DNA from: Methanobacterium sp.
GTDB lineage: Archaea; Methanobacteriota; Methanobacteria; Methanobacteriales; Methanobacteriaceae
Length of the DNA stretch: 64,000 nucleotides
Assembly: GCF_038562635.1 (NCBI RefSeq)
Contig: NZ_JBCFBO010000001.1
Span: forward strand, 1,736,192 to 1,800,191
Direction: 5' to 3'
The position numbers were made by a program, and so were the translations under genes. A model generated the notes under the pieces. It was given only the letters and a program-made list of their open reading frames with translations, was not told the DNA's origin and did not search any database. Of the stretch, positions 39,962 to 50,383 are shown piece by piece. Position 1 is the first letter of the stretch, and each line of letters starts with the position of its first letter.

Positions 39962-41101
39962 TTAGAGCCTAATAGCTCTTTCATGTCTAAAGTATGTTAC
40001 AGCCAGTGCAAAAATTAGGGTAGATGCTAAAATCGTAGGAATGAAAAATAATATCATATCCCATGAGATAATTGGAGTTGAAGATAATTTAACCATTAGA
40101 ACTGTTGGAATAATATTTAAAATTCCTTCAAGATAAGGCATTTTTATAAAGAGAGGCATAAAGAAGATAAATGTTGCAAACATTAAAGCAAGTGTTATAG
40201 CCGAATTTGCCTCTTTAGTACTGTCAACAAGCATAGATATCAATATCCCCATCCCAATAAATGCTAAACCAATGAAAACAAGCATGAAAATTAAAACAAA
40301 CACGTTATAAATTGGAACCCCAAGCAAATTCAGTAAAATGATCCATGCAATGCTCTGAATCAGTGAAAATGAAAGAATAGGTAAAATTTTTCCAATTACT
40401 ACCATTGAACTTGAAATAGGAGTCATAAGAATCATTTCAAATGTTTTTCTCTCTTTTTCCCCCACAATACTATCTGTTACTATGTTACTTGCAAGGAAAA
40501 ACGGGAGGAGGAGAACAAATGGAACTATGAATCCATACATTATTTCCACAAAATAAGAAGTATTTAAGGCCAATTTCGCTATGTTATCCTCATTAATATT
40601 TATTTGATTTAAAATCACTGGATTTTCAATTTTCTGGATCATTTCTTTACTTATTCCTGCAGATTGCAGTTTCTTTTCTAATTTAAATTTATTTACAGCA
40701 TCACTTATTTTTTCAGATACTATTGGGTAAAAAGGATTAGATGTATCTGATTGAACAAGTATATCCTGTTTTGGAGAAGATGAAACCGTAACTACAGCAA
40801 TTAATTCTGATCCAAGCAATTTATCAGCTTTACTCATATTTTTGAAATAAACTACATTCAGTTTTTGGGCACTTAGATCATTTGCAATGGTTGAATTTTT
40901 CAAATCTTCAGAAATCCCCACTGTAAGATGGGATGTAACTCCAAACTTATCCAGGAGTCCAGGATCAGTTATAACAGCACTTCCTACCCCCAAACCAAAC
41001 GCCCCAAGAATTATAAATATCTGAACAAACACAACCATGATGTAAATTCGGTTAGTCAATATATCTTGAGCTTCTTTTTTTGCAAGTGCGATTACCTTCA
41101 T
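39962..41101 (-). CDS. ABC-2 type transporter permease
   Basis: 379 aa with an N-terminal TM helix, a large extracytoplasmic loop and a C-terminal 5-TM bundle. The motif SIVGEKERKTFE is shared with the neighbouring permease. Confidence 0.7.
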   Translation of the reverse strand: MKVIALAKKEAQDILTNRIYIMVVFVQIFIILGAFGLGVGSAVITDPGLLDKFGVTSHLTVGISEDLKNSTIANDLSAQKLNVVYFKNMSKADKLLGSELIAVVTVSSSPKQDILVQSDTSNPFYPIVSEKISDAVNKFKLEKKLQSAGISKEMIQKIENPVILNQININEDNIAKLALNTSYFVEIMYGFIVPFVLLLPFFLASNIVTDSIVGEKERKTFEMILMTPISSSMVVIGKILPILSFSLIQSIAWIILLNLLGVPIYNVFVLIFMLVFIGLAFIGMGILISMLVDSTKEANSAITLALMFATFIFFMPLFIKMPYLEGILNIIPTVLMVKLSSTPIISWDMILFFIPTILASTLIFALAVTYFRHERAIRL

Positions 41102-41200
41102 TTTATCTCCTGTAAATTACAAATGATTAAATTCATATGTAAATCTTTTTAGTTAATTTCCTAAAAGCCCCCTGGCTTAATATGCACATAAAATTTACAT

Positions 41201-42397
41201 CTAATTCATCTTTGAAATATTCTTAATACCAACTAATTCAAGGGCCAACCTTACTATACCTGGCCTTGGTCCAAACATTATATCATCTCTTTCAAAGAGT
41301 TTTATTGTAATCCAATATGATATGGCACTTATAATAAGTATAGAAATGATTGGAATCATTAAATCTGTCATAGAGATGGGATCACCTGAAAACAGGCGCA
41401 TTACAAGGGTCATTGGAGAGATGTTAGCTGCGGCTGACTTACTTGAGATATAAGCAAGGGCTGGGATCACGAGAAATCCAACAATCCCTATATAAATAAA
41501 GCTTAATCCAATCCCTGCCTCTTTATAATTCTTAGAATATGCTGCTATGACACTTGTTATCCCCACGATCGGAATAGAGGTTAATATAATCACTAAATAA
41601 ACTAAAATAGGATTTTTAAGGTCAAAACCTGCCACTAACAGTATAAGAATCCACAGTGCTACTTGAACAGCTATTACTAAAACTACTGCCAAATTTTTTC
41701 CAATTATAATTTCTCCATGGCTCAAAGGCATGGCTATCAATATTTCTCCTGTTTTCCTCTCCTTTTCACCTACAATACTGTCGATGATCATATTTCCAAA
41801 AAGGAAAAGGGGAAGGAAAAGCAGGATTGAAACCATCATTTTTTTAATAAGCTGTAATGGTAAGGACTCTCCTTTTTTTTCTTCCCTAACATCAGGGTCA
41901 ATTGTACTTGTGGAAGGAACCAGTGAACTTATCCATTGATTAGAGATAGAAGAAGAAATAACTTTAACTGTAGAATTTACCTCCTCAGTCACCACACTCC
42001 TCTTCGGATCGGCATAATCAACAAACAGATTTAAAGTAATAGGTTGGAAAGTATCTATTTTACCAATAGAATTTTCAGGAACAATCAACGCAGCTGTGGC
42101 CTTACCACTTTTAACCTGGTTTACCGATTCATTACTTCCGAGTGGAGTTATACCAAGAACTTCATGATTCAATTGTTTTTCAAATAAGCCACTTGTATCT
42201 GAAACGCCCATTGAAGCAAAATTAGTCAAAGATGGAGATAACGTAACGCCGTTTTCAGATTCTATATTGCCAATAAACATGTTTAAGAAAACTATCATTA
42301 AAACTAAGACAGAAAGCTGCATTAAAAAGATCATCAAAAACTTTCTGCTCGAGAGGGTATTTTTAAACTCCCATTTAGTTATAGTTGAAAATCTCAT
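41201..42397 (-). CDS. ABC-2 type transporter permease (paralog)
   Basis: 398 aa with the same architecture. SIVGEKERKTGE matches SIVGEKERKTFE in the neighbouring permease. Confidence 0.7.
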   Translation of the reverse strand: MRFSTITKWEFKNTLSSRKFLMIFLMQLSVLVLMIVFLNMFIGNIESENGVTLSPSLTNFASMGVSDTSGLFEKQLNHEVLGITPLGSNESVNQVKSGKATAALIVPENSIGKIDTFQPITLNLFVDYADPKRSVVTEEVNSTVKVISSSISNQWISSLVPSTSTIDPDVREEKKGESLPLQLIKKMMVSILLFLPLFLFGNMIIDSIVGEKERKTGEILIAMPLSHGEIIIGKNLAVVLVIAVQVALWILILLVAGFDLKNPILVYLVIILTSIPIVGITSVIAAYSKNYKEAGIGLSFIYIGIVGFLVIPALAYISSKSAAANISPMTLVMRLFSGDPISMTDLMIPIISILIISAISYWITIKLFERDDIMFGPRPGIVRLALELVGIKNISKMN

Positions 42398-42415
42398 GAT
42401 AAAACCCTGAAATAT

Positions 42416-43330
42416 CTATTTCACAGCATGAATGAATACATCCTCAAGTGACGGCTCTTTAGTATTTACAGATGCTACATTATGTCCAATCAAGCTAACT
42501 ATATCTGAAATGTCTTCTTTAGAATTTAAAGATACTTCCAGATTTTTACCCTTTAAGTTTACATTTTCTACAGAATTAAAATTAAGAATTTTATCAGTAT
42601 CTATATCTGCATGGTTAATTTTTATCTGGAGTATAGTTTGACCGTGAATTTTTGCCTTAAGATAATCAGGAGTGCCCATATCCCTGATTTTACCTCCACT
42701 TAAAATCGCGACCCTATCACAGAGAGCATCGGCTTCTTCCATGTAGTGAGTGCACAAAATTATGGTCTTTTCACCTTTAAGGTCTTCTATAAAACTTCTA
42801 ATTGAAAGTGCAGTAGCAGGGTCCAGTCCCATTGTAGGTTCATCAAATATAATGATTTCTGGATCGTGGATTAAAGCCCTTGCAATACCAATTCTTTGAC
42901 GTAGCCCCTTTGAAAATGTGTTTATTTTATGTTCTGCGCGATTTTCCATTCCAACAAGCTCAAGAAGCTCATAAACTCTATCGTTAAGCTTTTCTTTTGG
43001 GACCCCATAAAGTTCACCAAAATATCTAAGCAGATCGCGTGCTTTAAACCTTTCATATAAATTTGGCTCTTCTGGAAGGTACCCTATCATTGATTTAGTT
43101 GTAATTGGATCTTCCAGAACATCGTGTCCACCAACAAAAACAGTCCCCATATCTGGTTTCAATATACCACATATTATCCGTATTGTAGTGGTCTTTCCAG
43201 CTCCATTTGGCCCTATGATCCCTAAAAGCTCTCCTTTCTTAATATTCAGGCTTAAATTATCTAAAGCCTGTATTTCACCAAAATATTTAGTGAGAGAGTC
43301 TATTTTAATCATATCTTCTTTTAAGTCCAA
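42416..43330 (-). CDS. ABC transporter ATP-binding protein
   Basis: 304 aa with Walker A GPNGAGKTT, signature FSKGLRQR and Walker B IIIFDEPTMGLD. TTG start. Confidence 0.9.
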   Translation of the reverse strand: MDLKEDMIKIDSLTKYFGEIQALDNLSLNIKKGELLGIIGPNGAGKTTTIRIICGILKPDMGTVFVGGHDVLEDPITTKSMIGYLPEEPNLYERFKARDLLRYFGELYGVPKEKLNDRVYELLELVGMENRAEHKINTFSKGLRQRIGIARALIHDPEIIIFDEPTMGLDPATALSIRSFIEDLKGEKTIILCTHYMEEADALCDRVAILSGGKIRDMGTPDYLKAKIHGQTILQIKINHADIDTDKILNFNSVENVNLKGKNLEVSLNSKEDISDIVSLIGHNVASVNTKEPSLEDVFIHAVK

Positions 43331-43339
43331 GGTTTAACC

Positions 43340-43860
43340 CCTTAAAAACTGTTAAAATCCCTTAAAATCTGTGATTTTGGGGATCCTCAAACGCGAAGCA
43401 TTCAAAAATCTCTGATTTTTGATGCGTCAAAATTCTTATAATTTTGACAGCGTTTGGGACATGTGAAAACCTTTGGTTTTCACGGTTGCGGAACATTAAA
43501 AAATCTCCGATTTTTTATGCAACGAAAAATGCAAAGCATGCAAACACTTCGTGTTTGCTGTTACAAAATCGTAGATTTTGTAAACATTTTTCTCCTGCTT
43601 TGTTCTGCAAACATCGGAAATCTTGATTTCCAAATGTTCGAAAAATCTTTTTGATTTTCTCAACCTCAAAAAATTTTTTATTTTTTTGGGCCGTCGAACA
43701 CATGGTGTTCGGGCCCTACAAATCTTTGATTTGTGGCCAAGGAAACATAGTTTCCTACGGCTTAGAAATCAGAGCAGTCGAAAATTCATAGAATTTTCGT
43801 CGCGTCAAAATTTTCAATTTTGACAGATTTCGAAAGGTTCAAAAAATTCATAGAATTTTC
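43340..43860. repeat. Largest A/T-tract mini-hairpin array (about 18-20 hairpins, about 520 bp)
   Basis: TCAAAAATC-tct-GATTTTTGA (43402-43422), GTCAAAATT-cttat-AATTTTGAC (43426-43448), GTGAAAAC-ctttg-GTTTTCAC (43463-43483), GCAAACAC-ttc-GTGTTTGC (43540-43558), TACAAAATC-gta-GATTTTGTA (43562-43582), GGAAAC-ata-GTTTCC (43741-43755), CGAAAATTC-ata-GAATTTTCG (43779-43799) and GTCAAAAT-tttca-ATTTTGAC (43804-43824). Confidence 0.9.
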
Positions 43861-44152
43861 CTCAACTTTAGCGTTTGAAAGTTAATTCTTAATTTGTACT
43901 GTTTAAATATTTAGAGATATTGATTAGATGTGTTATCTAATATTAATAGTTTATACAAATCTGACAAACAGAAAGCAACTCCTTGTTTAATATTTGATAC
44001 TATCCAACTTTTTATTGCAATATTTAATCAAATAATAACTTTAAAAGTGGTAGCACAAAACATTAATAATAAAAAATACTTAAATTATCTTATTGTAAAA
44101 CACGTTCTTCAAGTGTATTTCTCCTTAATTAGATTTATAAAAACGTGGTAAA

Positions 44153-44647
44153 ATGGAAAATGAAAATAAATATAAGAAAGCTGCTTTTGCAGCAGGCTGT
44201 TTTTGGGGTATTGAAGAAACATTTAGGACTACAAAAGGAGTCATATCTACTGCGGTAGGTTACATGGGAGGGCATACAGAAAATCCGACCTATGAAAATG
44301 TTTGTTCTGGAAGAACTGGCCATGCGGAAACAGTAGAATTGACTTATGATCCTTCGGTGATCACCTACAATGAATTACTGGATATTTTCTGGAAGATCCA
44401 TGACCCCACAACGCTTAACAGACAGGGGCCAGATATAGGTGAACAGTACAGATCTGTAATTTTCTACTACGACAGCGAACAGGAAAAAGCAGCACGTGCT
44501 TCAAAGGAAGAACTTCAACAATCTGGTATGTATAATCGAGATGTTGTAACCGAAATTGTACCTGCAGATAAATTCAAATTTTACATGGCTGAAGATTACC
44601 ATCAGCAGTATTTGAAAAAAAGAGGACGCAGCAGCTGCAGATTCTAA
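44153..44647 (+). CDS. msrA: Peptide methionine (S)-S-oxide reductase
   Basis: 164 aa with [15 protein letters not shown] and [12 protein letters not shown]. Confidence 0.95.
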   Translation: MENENKYKKAAFAAGCFWGIEETFRTTKGVISTAVGYMGGHTENPTYENVCSGRTGHAETVELTYDPSVITYNELLDIFWKIHDPTTLNRQGPDIGEQYRSVIFYYDSEQEKAARASKEELQQSGMYNRDVVTEIVPADKFKFYMAEDYHQQYLKKRGRSSCRF

Positions 44648-44884
44648 AATAATTTGCATATAAAAGATATAATTAATTTTATTTCATTTTTTGTGCCTAA
44701 AAACATGTTAATTATTTGACATGATATAATAGAGTAATACAAAATAGTGATTTTTGACATAAATTACAAGTGTATTACAAAAATACTATTTAGGAAGAAC
44801 TTAGATAATTTCCAGACATACATTGCAAGTGTATAACGAATTAATTCAAAAATACTGGTTTTCAATAAGTACAGTCCCTACCAC

Positions 44885-45298
44885 TTAAAATTGCTCCAAA
44901 TAATTTTCTACTATGGCATCAACTATACACGGCGCATTCCATCCTATGATATCTGCAGCAGCTTCTTCAAGCTCAGGAGGTACATTTTCCATACCGTAAG
45001 GCCTGATGACAATTATGGGCTTTTCTAATTTATTTGAAATGTCTATTTGCTTCTTTATAATATCTTTATACTTATTGTATAGCCCTGAAAGAATTATTAC
45101 AACTCCTACAGGCATTATCTGTTCTTGAAGCTCTTCTCCAGTGATCTTATCTTTTTCAAGTATCCCATAGTTTTTAAACTCAAAATCATGTGCTGCTGCC
45201 AATTTCTCAGTAAACGTGTTATATTCTTCCTCATTTTGACCTATATGGCTTATAAATATATTATATAATCTTGATTCTGATTCAAACATTTCATCCAC
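44885..45298 (-). CDS. TIR-like domain protein (DUF1863 / MTH538 / ThsB-like)
   Basis: 137 aa with YNIFISHIGQNEEEYNTFTEKL..FEFKNYG...VVIILSGLY...KPIIVIRPYG...IIGWN. This matches my memory of the MTH538-type TIR-like fold family. Confidence 0.5.
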   Translation of the reverse strand: MDEMFESESRLYNIFISHIGQNEEEYNTFTEKLAAAHDFEFKNYGILEKDKITGEELQEQIMPVGVVIILSGLYNKYKDIIKKQIDISNKLEKPIIVIRPYGMENVPPELEEAAADIIGWNAPCIVDAIVENYLEQF

Positions 45299-45476
45299 CT
45301 ACAATTTAATGATCATTTAATTATCATTAATAGAAATTATGGATAAAATTGGTAATTTATTTTTTGATTTAAAAATAGAAATACTTAAAATCTAAAAAGA
45401 GGTAAAGGGTTTAAAACGATCTTCACCTCTTAAACCGTAGCTCAGCCCTAACGAATCATGGATTTAACTGCATGTA

Positions 45477-46106
45477 TTATACAATTAAATAATTATATCC
45501 ATAAGCTCTGTAAGGAACTGTTTTCCATTTTCCGTTTTGGTATAGTTGAACTGATCTGTGTCTGCTGGAATAACTTGTCGCGTATTGAATTACTCTTGAT
45601 TTGTAGCCTGCAGCTTTGAATTTATTGTTTAAATATGCACTGTATGCCCAACAATCACCTGCATGGTATTTAACTAAGCCAGAAGCAGTACTAACTCCAC
45701 TTCGGTAGCCGTATCCTGCAGCTGATTTCATAATTGAGTTTAATTTTGGGTCGCTGAATGTATCTGCTTTACCGCTTGAGGTATAAGATGAACTACTGGA
45801 ACTTGATGCTGCTTTAACTGTACTGGTTTTGTATTTATAATAATATTTCCAGGTATACTTCCAAGTGTACTTCCATGTATAGTACCATCTACCGTGGGAT
45901 TTATACCAATGTTTATACCAGTGTTTGTACCAGTGCTTATACCATACTTTAACTTTTACACTGGACGCTGCATTCACTTTCAAAACGTCTGTGTGTTCGT
46001 TTAGACCAATTTGAGCATTATCATCCGATGCACTTTGGTCCGATGCCCCCACCGCAGAGGGCAAAATGCTTATTGCCATAGCTATTGCTATTAGCAAAGC
46101 ATACAT
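45477..46106 (-). CDS. Secreted protein with a W/Y/K/H tandem-repeat segment and a transglutaminase-like Cys-His core
   Basis: 209 aa. Hydrophobic N-terminus ending AVGA; (WYKH)x3-WYKS and (KYTW)x3 at aa 55-93; a poly-Ser linker; C-terminal YHAGDCWAYSAYLNNKFKAAGYKSRV...RHRSVQLY resembling a transglutaminase core. Confidence 0.5.
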   Translation of the reverse strand: MYALLIAIAMAISILPSAVGASDQSASDDNAQIGLNEHTDVLKVNAASSVKVKVWYKHWYKHWYKHWYKSHGRWYYTWKYTWKYTWKYYYKYKTSTVKAASSSSSSSYTSSGKADTFSDPKLNSIMKSAAGYGYRSGVSTASGLVKYHAGDCWAYSAYLNNKFKAAGYKSRVIQYATSYSSRHRSVQLYQNGKWKTVPYRAYGYNYLIV

Positions 46107-46705
46107 AGATTGTCGCTTAATTATACCGCCTCCGTGTCCAAAAGTATTAATACACCTACTTAGTACTTCTTGGACAAAACAATAATCAACTTACAGCATA
46201 TATAAATGTTTTGGTTTTTTTGTCAAAAAAAAGCCTTTATAGCTCTCTTTTTTAGATTTAAGACTCTTTTAAAGTGTATTTAAATGTCGAATTACAGATT
46301 AACGCGTTTAGTTTGTATTTTTACTAAATTAGCTCTAATTAAACCCCATTTGAAAAAATTGTCACTAATTGATGCTATTATACATCTAAATTACACGCTC
46401 AAATTATGTATAGTATTTACTATCAAGTTCATTCATACATATAATCCTTATACGCATATAAATGTCAAAAATACAATCTACAATATGCTATTTACAGAAT
46501 TAGCCATTAAATATATGTTATAATAGAAATGATACAAAATTTCATATTTTCCAGATTAATTGAAAATATTATTATTTAAAATGCCCTTCAAAAGTCGATT
46601 TATAGTACAGCCAACCCCATAAAACTATAACTTACATACAATCATATACATAACTACTTTTTATACTCAAAATCCATTACAATCAAATTACGGAAGTAGA
46701 CTGAA

Positions 46706-47920
46706 ATGTTCATATCTGAATTGATACCAGTTAAGGATGCGCTAAAAATCATAGACAACATTGAAATTAAACTTGATATTGAAAGGATTCCTCTTGAAGA
46801 AGCATATAATAGAGTCCTTGCAGAAGATATAAAAGCACTTTTAGATTCTCCCTCCTTTGACCGATCTGCTATGGATGGTTATGCAGTAAAAGCTGAAGAT
46901 ACATTCGGATCCTCTGAAACCAGTCCTGCATATTTAAAAGTTGTAGATAGAATAGGTGCTGGCGATACGTCAAAAATAGTTTTAAAGCAGGGTGAAGCTA
47001 TAAAAATCGCTACTGGGGCACCAATACCAGAAGGTGCAAACGCAGTTGTCATGGAAGAGTATACCTACGAAGAAAACAATGATTTGGAAGTTTCAAAAAC
47101 ATTATTTCCAGGGGAAAATGTTGCCCCCTTTGGAGAAGATTTTAAAAAAGGTGATGAACTCCTAAAATCAGGGGAAATCTTAAGACCTCAAGATATTGGG
47201 ATAATAACGTCTGCAGGCCATGATACCGTAAATGTATTTAAAAAGCCCAAAATAGGTGTGATAACTACTGGAAACGAACTTGTAATGTCTAAATCAGAGA
47301 TTAAAGGGGCTAAAATTATAAATTCAAATTATTATACACTAAAAGCACTCGTTGAAAGTACTCTTGCAGTTCCAGAAGTTACCCATTGCGTTGACGATGC
47401 ACAAAAAGTAAAAGAACAAATTGAAATATTTTTAAAGTCATATGATGCCATAATAACCACTGGAGGCACTGCCATAAGTAAAGGAGATGTTGTGGTAGAT
47501 GTGGTTGATAAAATGGGAGAAGTTTTAATTCATGGAGCAGCTATAAGACCTGGAAAGCCCTTTGGATTTGGAGTAATAAATGAAACCCCCATATTCATGC
47601 TTTCAGGATATCCTGTAGCTTCAATGGTGCAGTTCGATATTTTCACTCGCAATTACCTTCTTAAAATGCAGAATATTCATAAAGAGTTCTCAATCATTAA
47701 AAAAACAGCATCTAGAAAGATTGCGTCAACACTTGGCAGAACAGATTATGTTAGAGCAAAAACAGAAGGCAATTTAGTACATCCCCTTAAAATAGATGGA
47801 TCTGGAATTATAAGATCTATGGTTGAATCCGACTGTTATATCTTGATAGAAGAAAATGTTGAGGGTATAAACGAAGGCGAAGAATGCGACGTTTTACTTT
47901 ACCATTCGTTAAAGGTATAA
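46706..47920 (+). CDS. moeA: Molybdopterin molybdenumtransferase
   Basis: 404 aa with SPSFDRSAMDGYAV and TTGGTAISKGD. Confidence 0.9.
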   Translation: MFISELIPVKDALKIIDNIEIKLDIERIPLEEAYNRVLAEDIKALLDSPSFDRSAMDGYAVKAEDTFGSSETSPAYLKVVDRIGAGDTSKIVLKQGEAIKIATGAPIPEGANAVVMEEYTYEENNDLEVSKTLFPGENVAPFGEDFKKGDELLKSGEILRPQDIGIITSAGHDTVNVFKKPKIGVITTGNELVMSKSEIKGAKIINSNYYTLKALVESTLAVPEVTHCVDDAQKVKEQIEIFLKSYDAIITTGGTAISKGDVVVDVVDKMGEVLIHGAAIRPGKPFGFGVINETPIFMLSGYPVASMVQFDIFTRNYLLKMQNIHKEFSIIKKTASRKIASTLGRTDYVRAKTEGNLVHPLKIDGSGIIRSMVESDCYILIEENVEGINEGEECDVLLYHSLKV

Positions 47921-48031
47921 CTAATTAGATTCATAGTTAAATTTTCAAACTGACAAAATTTATAATTAATATTACGATATAAATAAATATTAACAAATAA
48001 TAATTTATTATGTGGATTTAAAGGTGATCAT

Positions 48032-49225
48032 GTGGACCCTTATTATGTAATAGAACTTTATGCTATAGCATTTGTTGTTATATGGGTTTTAGCCCTTTTA
48101 TTTAAGGACAAACTAAAAATTGATGTAAGTGGCCCTCTTTTAATGAGGAGAACTACTCGACTGAGGGATTTTATTGACTCTATTGCTCAAAAGAGTCCCC
48201 GATTCTGGCGATGGAGCATGAATATTGGAATACCCATAGCTGTATTTTTTATGTTCCTAATGCTTATTCTACTTGCATATACACTAATAATGGCAATATA
48301 CGGAATAGTTATTGGTCATGGAGGGGGAGCGGCAGCAGCAGGTGTAGGTGTTGCAATTCCAGGATTGGCCATTCCAGGATCTTCATTCACCGTACCATTT
48401 ACATATGGATTAATTGCACTTGTAACTGTCATAGTTTTTCATGAGTTTGCACATGGAATCCTGGCAAGGACTGAAGGGATTAAAATCAAATCAATCGGAC
48501 TACTATTACTTGCCGTTTTACCAGGTGCATTCGTTGAACCTGATGAGGAAGAAGTTAATAAAGCTTCCCGACCTGCAAAACTCAGGATTTATGCCGCAGG
48601 ATCTATATCTAACCTTGCTGTGGCAGCTGTTGCCATATTACTTATGAATCTGCTGGCATTTTCATTTGTTGGTCCTTCTTTCCATCCGCAAGGAGTAGAA
48701 GTCCAAAATACAATGCCTAATACTCCTGCTTATGGAGTTTTGCAAAACGGAATGGTTATAACTCATGTTAACGGCTACGAAGCGACAAATATAAGCACAT
48801 TTACGGATATACTAAACACTAAGGTTAAGCCCGGTGAAGAAGTTAATATTACGACTAATCAAGGTACGTTTAAACTTAAGGCAATGGCAAACTCTAACAA
48901 TACAAACCATGCTTATCTAGGAGTAATTGTACAAAATCATTTGACTGTTAATCAAGATGTTACCAGTAAATATGGAGATATAATACCATGGTTCCTGTAC
49001 AGTTTATACTGGTTATTCTACTGGATAGGCTTTTTAAACCTCGGAATTGGAACTTTCAACTTGCTTCCTTTAAAACCTCTTGACGGAGGATTAATGTTAG
49101 AAGAGCTCTTAAATTATGTAACATCAAGCGAATTAGCAAATAAAATTACAAAAACTATTTCAATAATTTCACTCGCACTTGTCGTAGGTTTATTTAGCGT
49201 GCTTTTCGGGTCATTAATTGTATAA
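48032..49225 (+). CDS. Site-2 protease family (M50) membrane metalloprotease with a PDZ-like insert
   Basis: 397 aa with HEFAHGILAR (HExxH) and NLLPLKPLDGG. GTG start after AAGGTGAT. Confidence 0.85.
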   Translation: MDPYYVIELYAIAFVVIWVLALLFKDKLKIDVSGPLLMRRTTRLRDFIDSIAQKSPRFWRWSMNIGIPIAVFFMFLMLILLAYTLIMAIYGIVIGHGGGAAAAGVGVAIPGLAIPGSSFTVPFTYGLIALVTVIVFHEFAHGILARTEGIKIKSIGLLLLAVLPGAFVEPDEEEVNKASRPAKLRIYAAGSISNLAVAAVAILLMNLLAFSFVGPSFHPQGVEVQNTMPNTPAYGVLQNGMVITHVNGYEATNISTFTDILNTKVKPGEEVNITTNQGTFKLKAMANSNNTNHAYLGVIVQNHLTVNQDVTSKYGDIIPWFLYSLYWLFYWIGFLNLGIGTFNLLPLKPLDGGLMLEELLNYVTSSELANKITKTISIISLALVVGLFSVLFGSLIV

Positions 49226-49264
49226 ATGGCTTTATTAAGCCATAATACTATTTTTTTTAATAAA

Positions 49265-49930
49265 TTAATTCTTATCCGTTTTCTCTACCCTACTTATAGC
49301 CTTTTCAAATGCCTCTTTATGGAAATTAGCTGCCATCTCCTTTTTACACTCATCATCAGTGAACAATCTCATTTTTGGTGCCCTACAAGGATAATGCTGC
49401 AATTTAAGGCCTGCTTTAACAGGTAAATCTTTTAAATCCTGCCCTATCATTTCTTCAGCTACAAAATACGTTGATCCACATGGAGAAGACCTTAAAACTT
49501 CTATATCAACAATTTTGTCTCCCTGGCAGTTTACCCTAACAATTGGCCTTCCAAATTTGGATACAAACTCATCAAATACAGGATTACCATTTTCTTGAAG
49601 ATCACACATGTTTTCAGGGCATGTAACATTTCCCAATCTTTCAAGCTGATTTTTAAACCCTTCCCCTCTCCAGGCAGCCACAATTACCCACCCTACATTA
49701 TCATGGATCATTTCAACAAGGTCAAGAGCAAGATCCGGATGAAGAATATAAGTTATCAGTATATCTGCACCTTCCAGCCGTTTCAATGCATCCTCAGGAA
49801 TCTCAATTTCATCCATGAACATGGATACAGGCGGTTCAAGCTCAACAAAATCCGCGTCAAATTCTTTACTTATATATTCATATGCACGTTCTCCATACGG
49901 ACCATCTGTAGCTATTGCAATTTTTAACAT
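49265..49930 (-). CDS. DUF166 family protein
   Basis: 221 aa with [20 protein letters not shown] and several conserved Cys ([21 protein letters not shown]). The family is assigned from memory. Confidence 0.5.
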   Translation of the reverse strand: MLKIAIATDGPYGERAYEYISKEFDADFVELEPPVSMFMDEIEIPEDALKRLEGADILITYILHPDLALDLVEMIHDNVGWVIVAAWRGEGFKNQLERLGNVTCPENMCDLQENGNPVFDEFVSKFGRPIVRVNCQGDKIVDIEVLRSSPCGSTYFVAEEMIGQDLKDLPVKAGLKLQHYPCRAPKMRLFTDDECKKEMAANFHKEAFEKAISRVEKTDKN

Positions 49931-49968
49931 CTTTTCAATCTCCTAGTTCCCATTTACATATATTCAAA

Positions 49969-50343
49969 TTATTTTACTAAATCTTCAATTAAACCAACAA
50001 TTTCTGGATTAATAAGTTTATAGTGTATCCATACTCCCTCTTTACGTCCTTTGATAAACCCTGCATTTTTAAGTACATTTAAATGATGTGAAATAGTTGA
50101 TTGGGGCTTTTCAAGAGCCATAATTATTTCACAAACACACAGCTCCCCGTCCTGCAATAAATAAAGTATTTTAAGCCGGGTCGGGTCTGAAATTGCTTTA
50201 AATTGATCTGATCTGACTTCAAAAGTTTTATCAGAAGGAATTTTAGATAAAATTTCCTTTAAATTTTCTATCTGGTCATTACAGGGTTTTCCCTTGCCGG
50301 TAATTTCACATGTTTTCATAGTTATCCCTGTTAAAAAGCTCAA
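49969..50343 (-). CDS. arsR: ArsR/SmtB family transcriptional regulator
   Basis: FKAISDPTRLKILYLLQDGELCVCEIIMALEKPQSTISHHLNVLKNAGFI. The start is possibly the internal Met (MKTCEITG...). Confidence 0.85.
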   Translation of the reverse strand: MSFLTGITMKTCEITGKGKPCNDQIENLKEILSKIPSDKTFEVRSDQFKAISDPTRLKILYLLQDGELCVCEIIMALEKPQSTISHHLNVLKNAGFIKGRKEGVWIHYKLINPEIVGLIEDLVK

Positions 50344-50383
50344 ATTTCGGAATATTTTTCACTCTTTAAATGTGTTAATTTAA

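Noticed and set aside
43444-43823. Four overlapping 60-66 aa ORFs in the track (43444-43626, 43454-43654, 43623-43823 on the plus strand; 43515-43703 on the minus strand)
   Set aside because: They lie entirely within the hairpin super-array, overlap each other in different frames and strands, lack a Shine-Dalgarno, and translate to low-complexity F/K/N/R-rich strings. They are artefacts of palindromic repeats.
45437-45448. tRNA-like D-arm string GTAGCTCAGCCC
   Set aside because: No acceptor stem, anticodon arm or T-arm (GTTCGAATC-like) can be built around it. It is probably coincidental. It overlaps a simple hairpin downstream of the transglutaminase-like gene.
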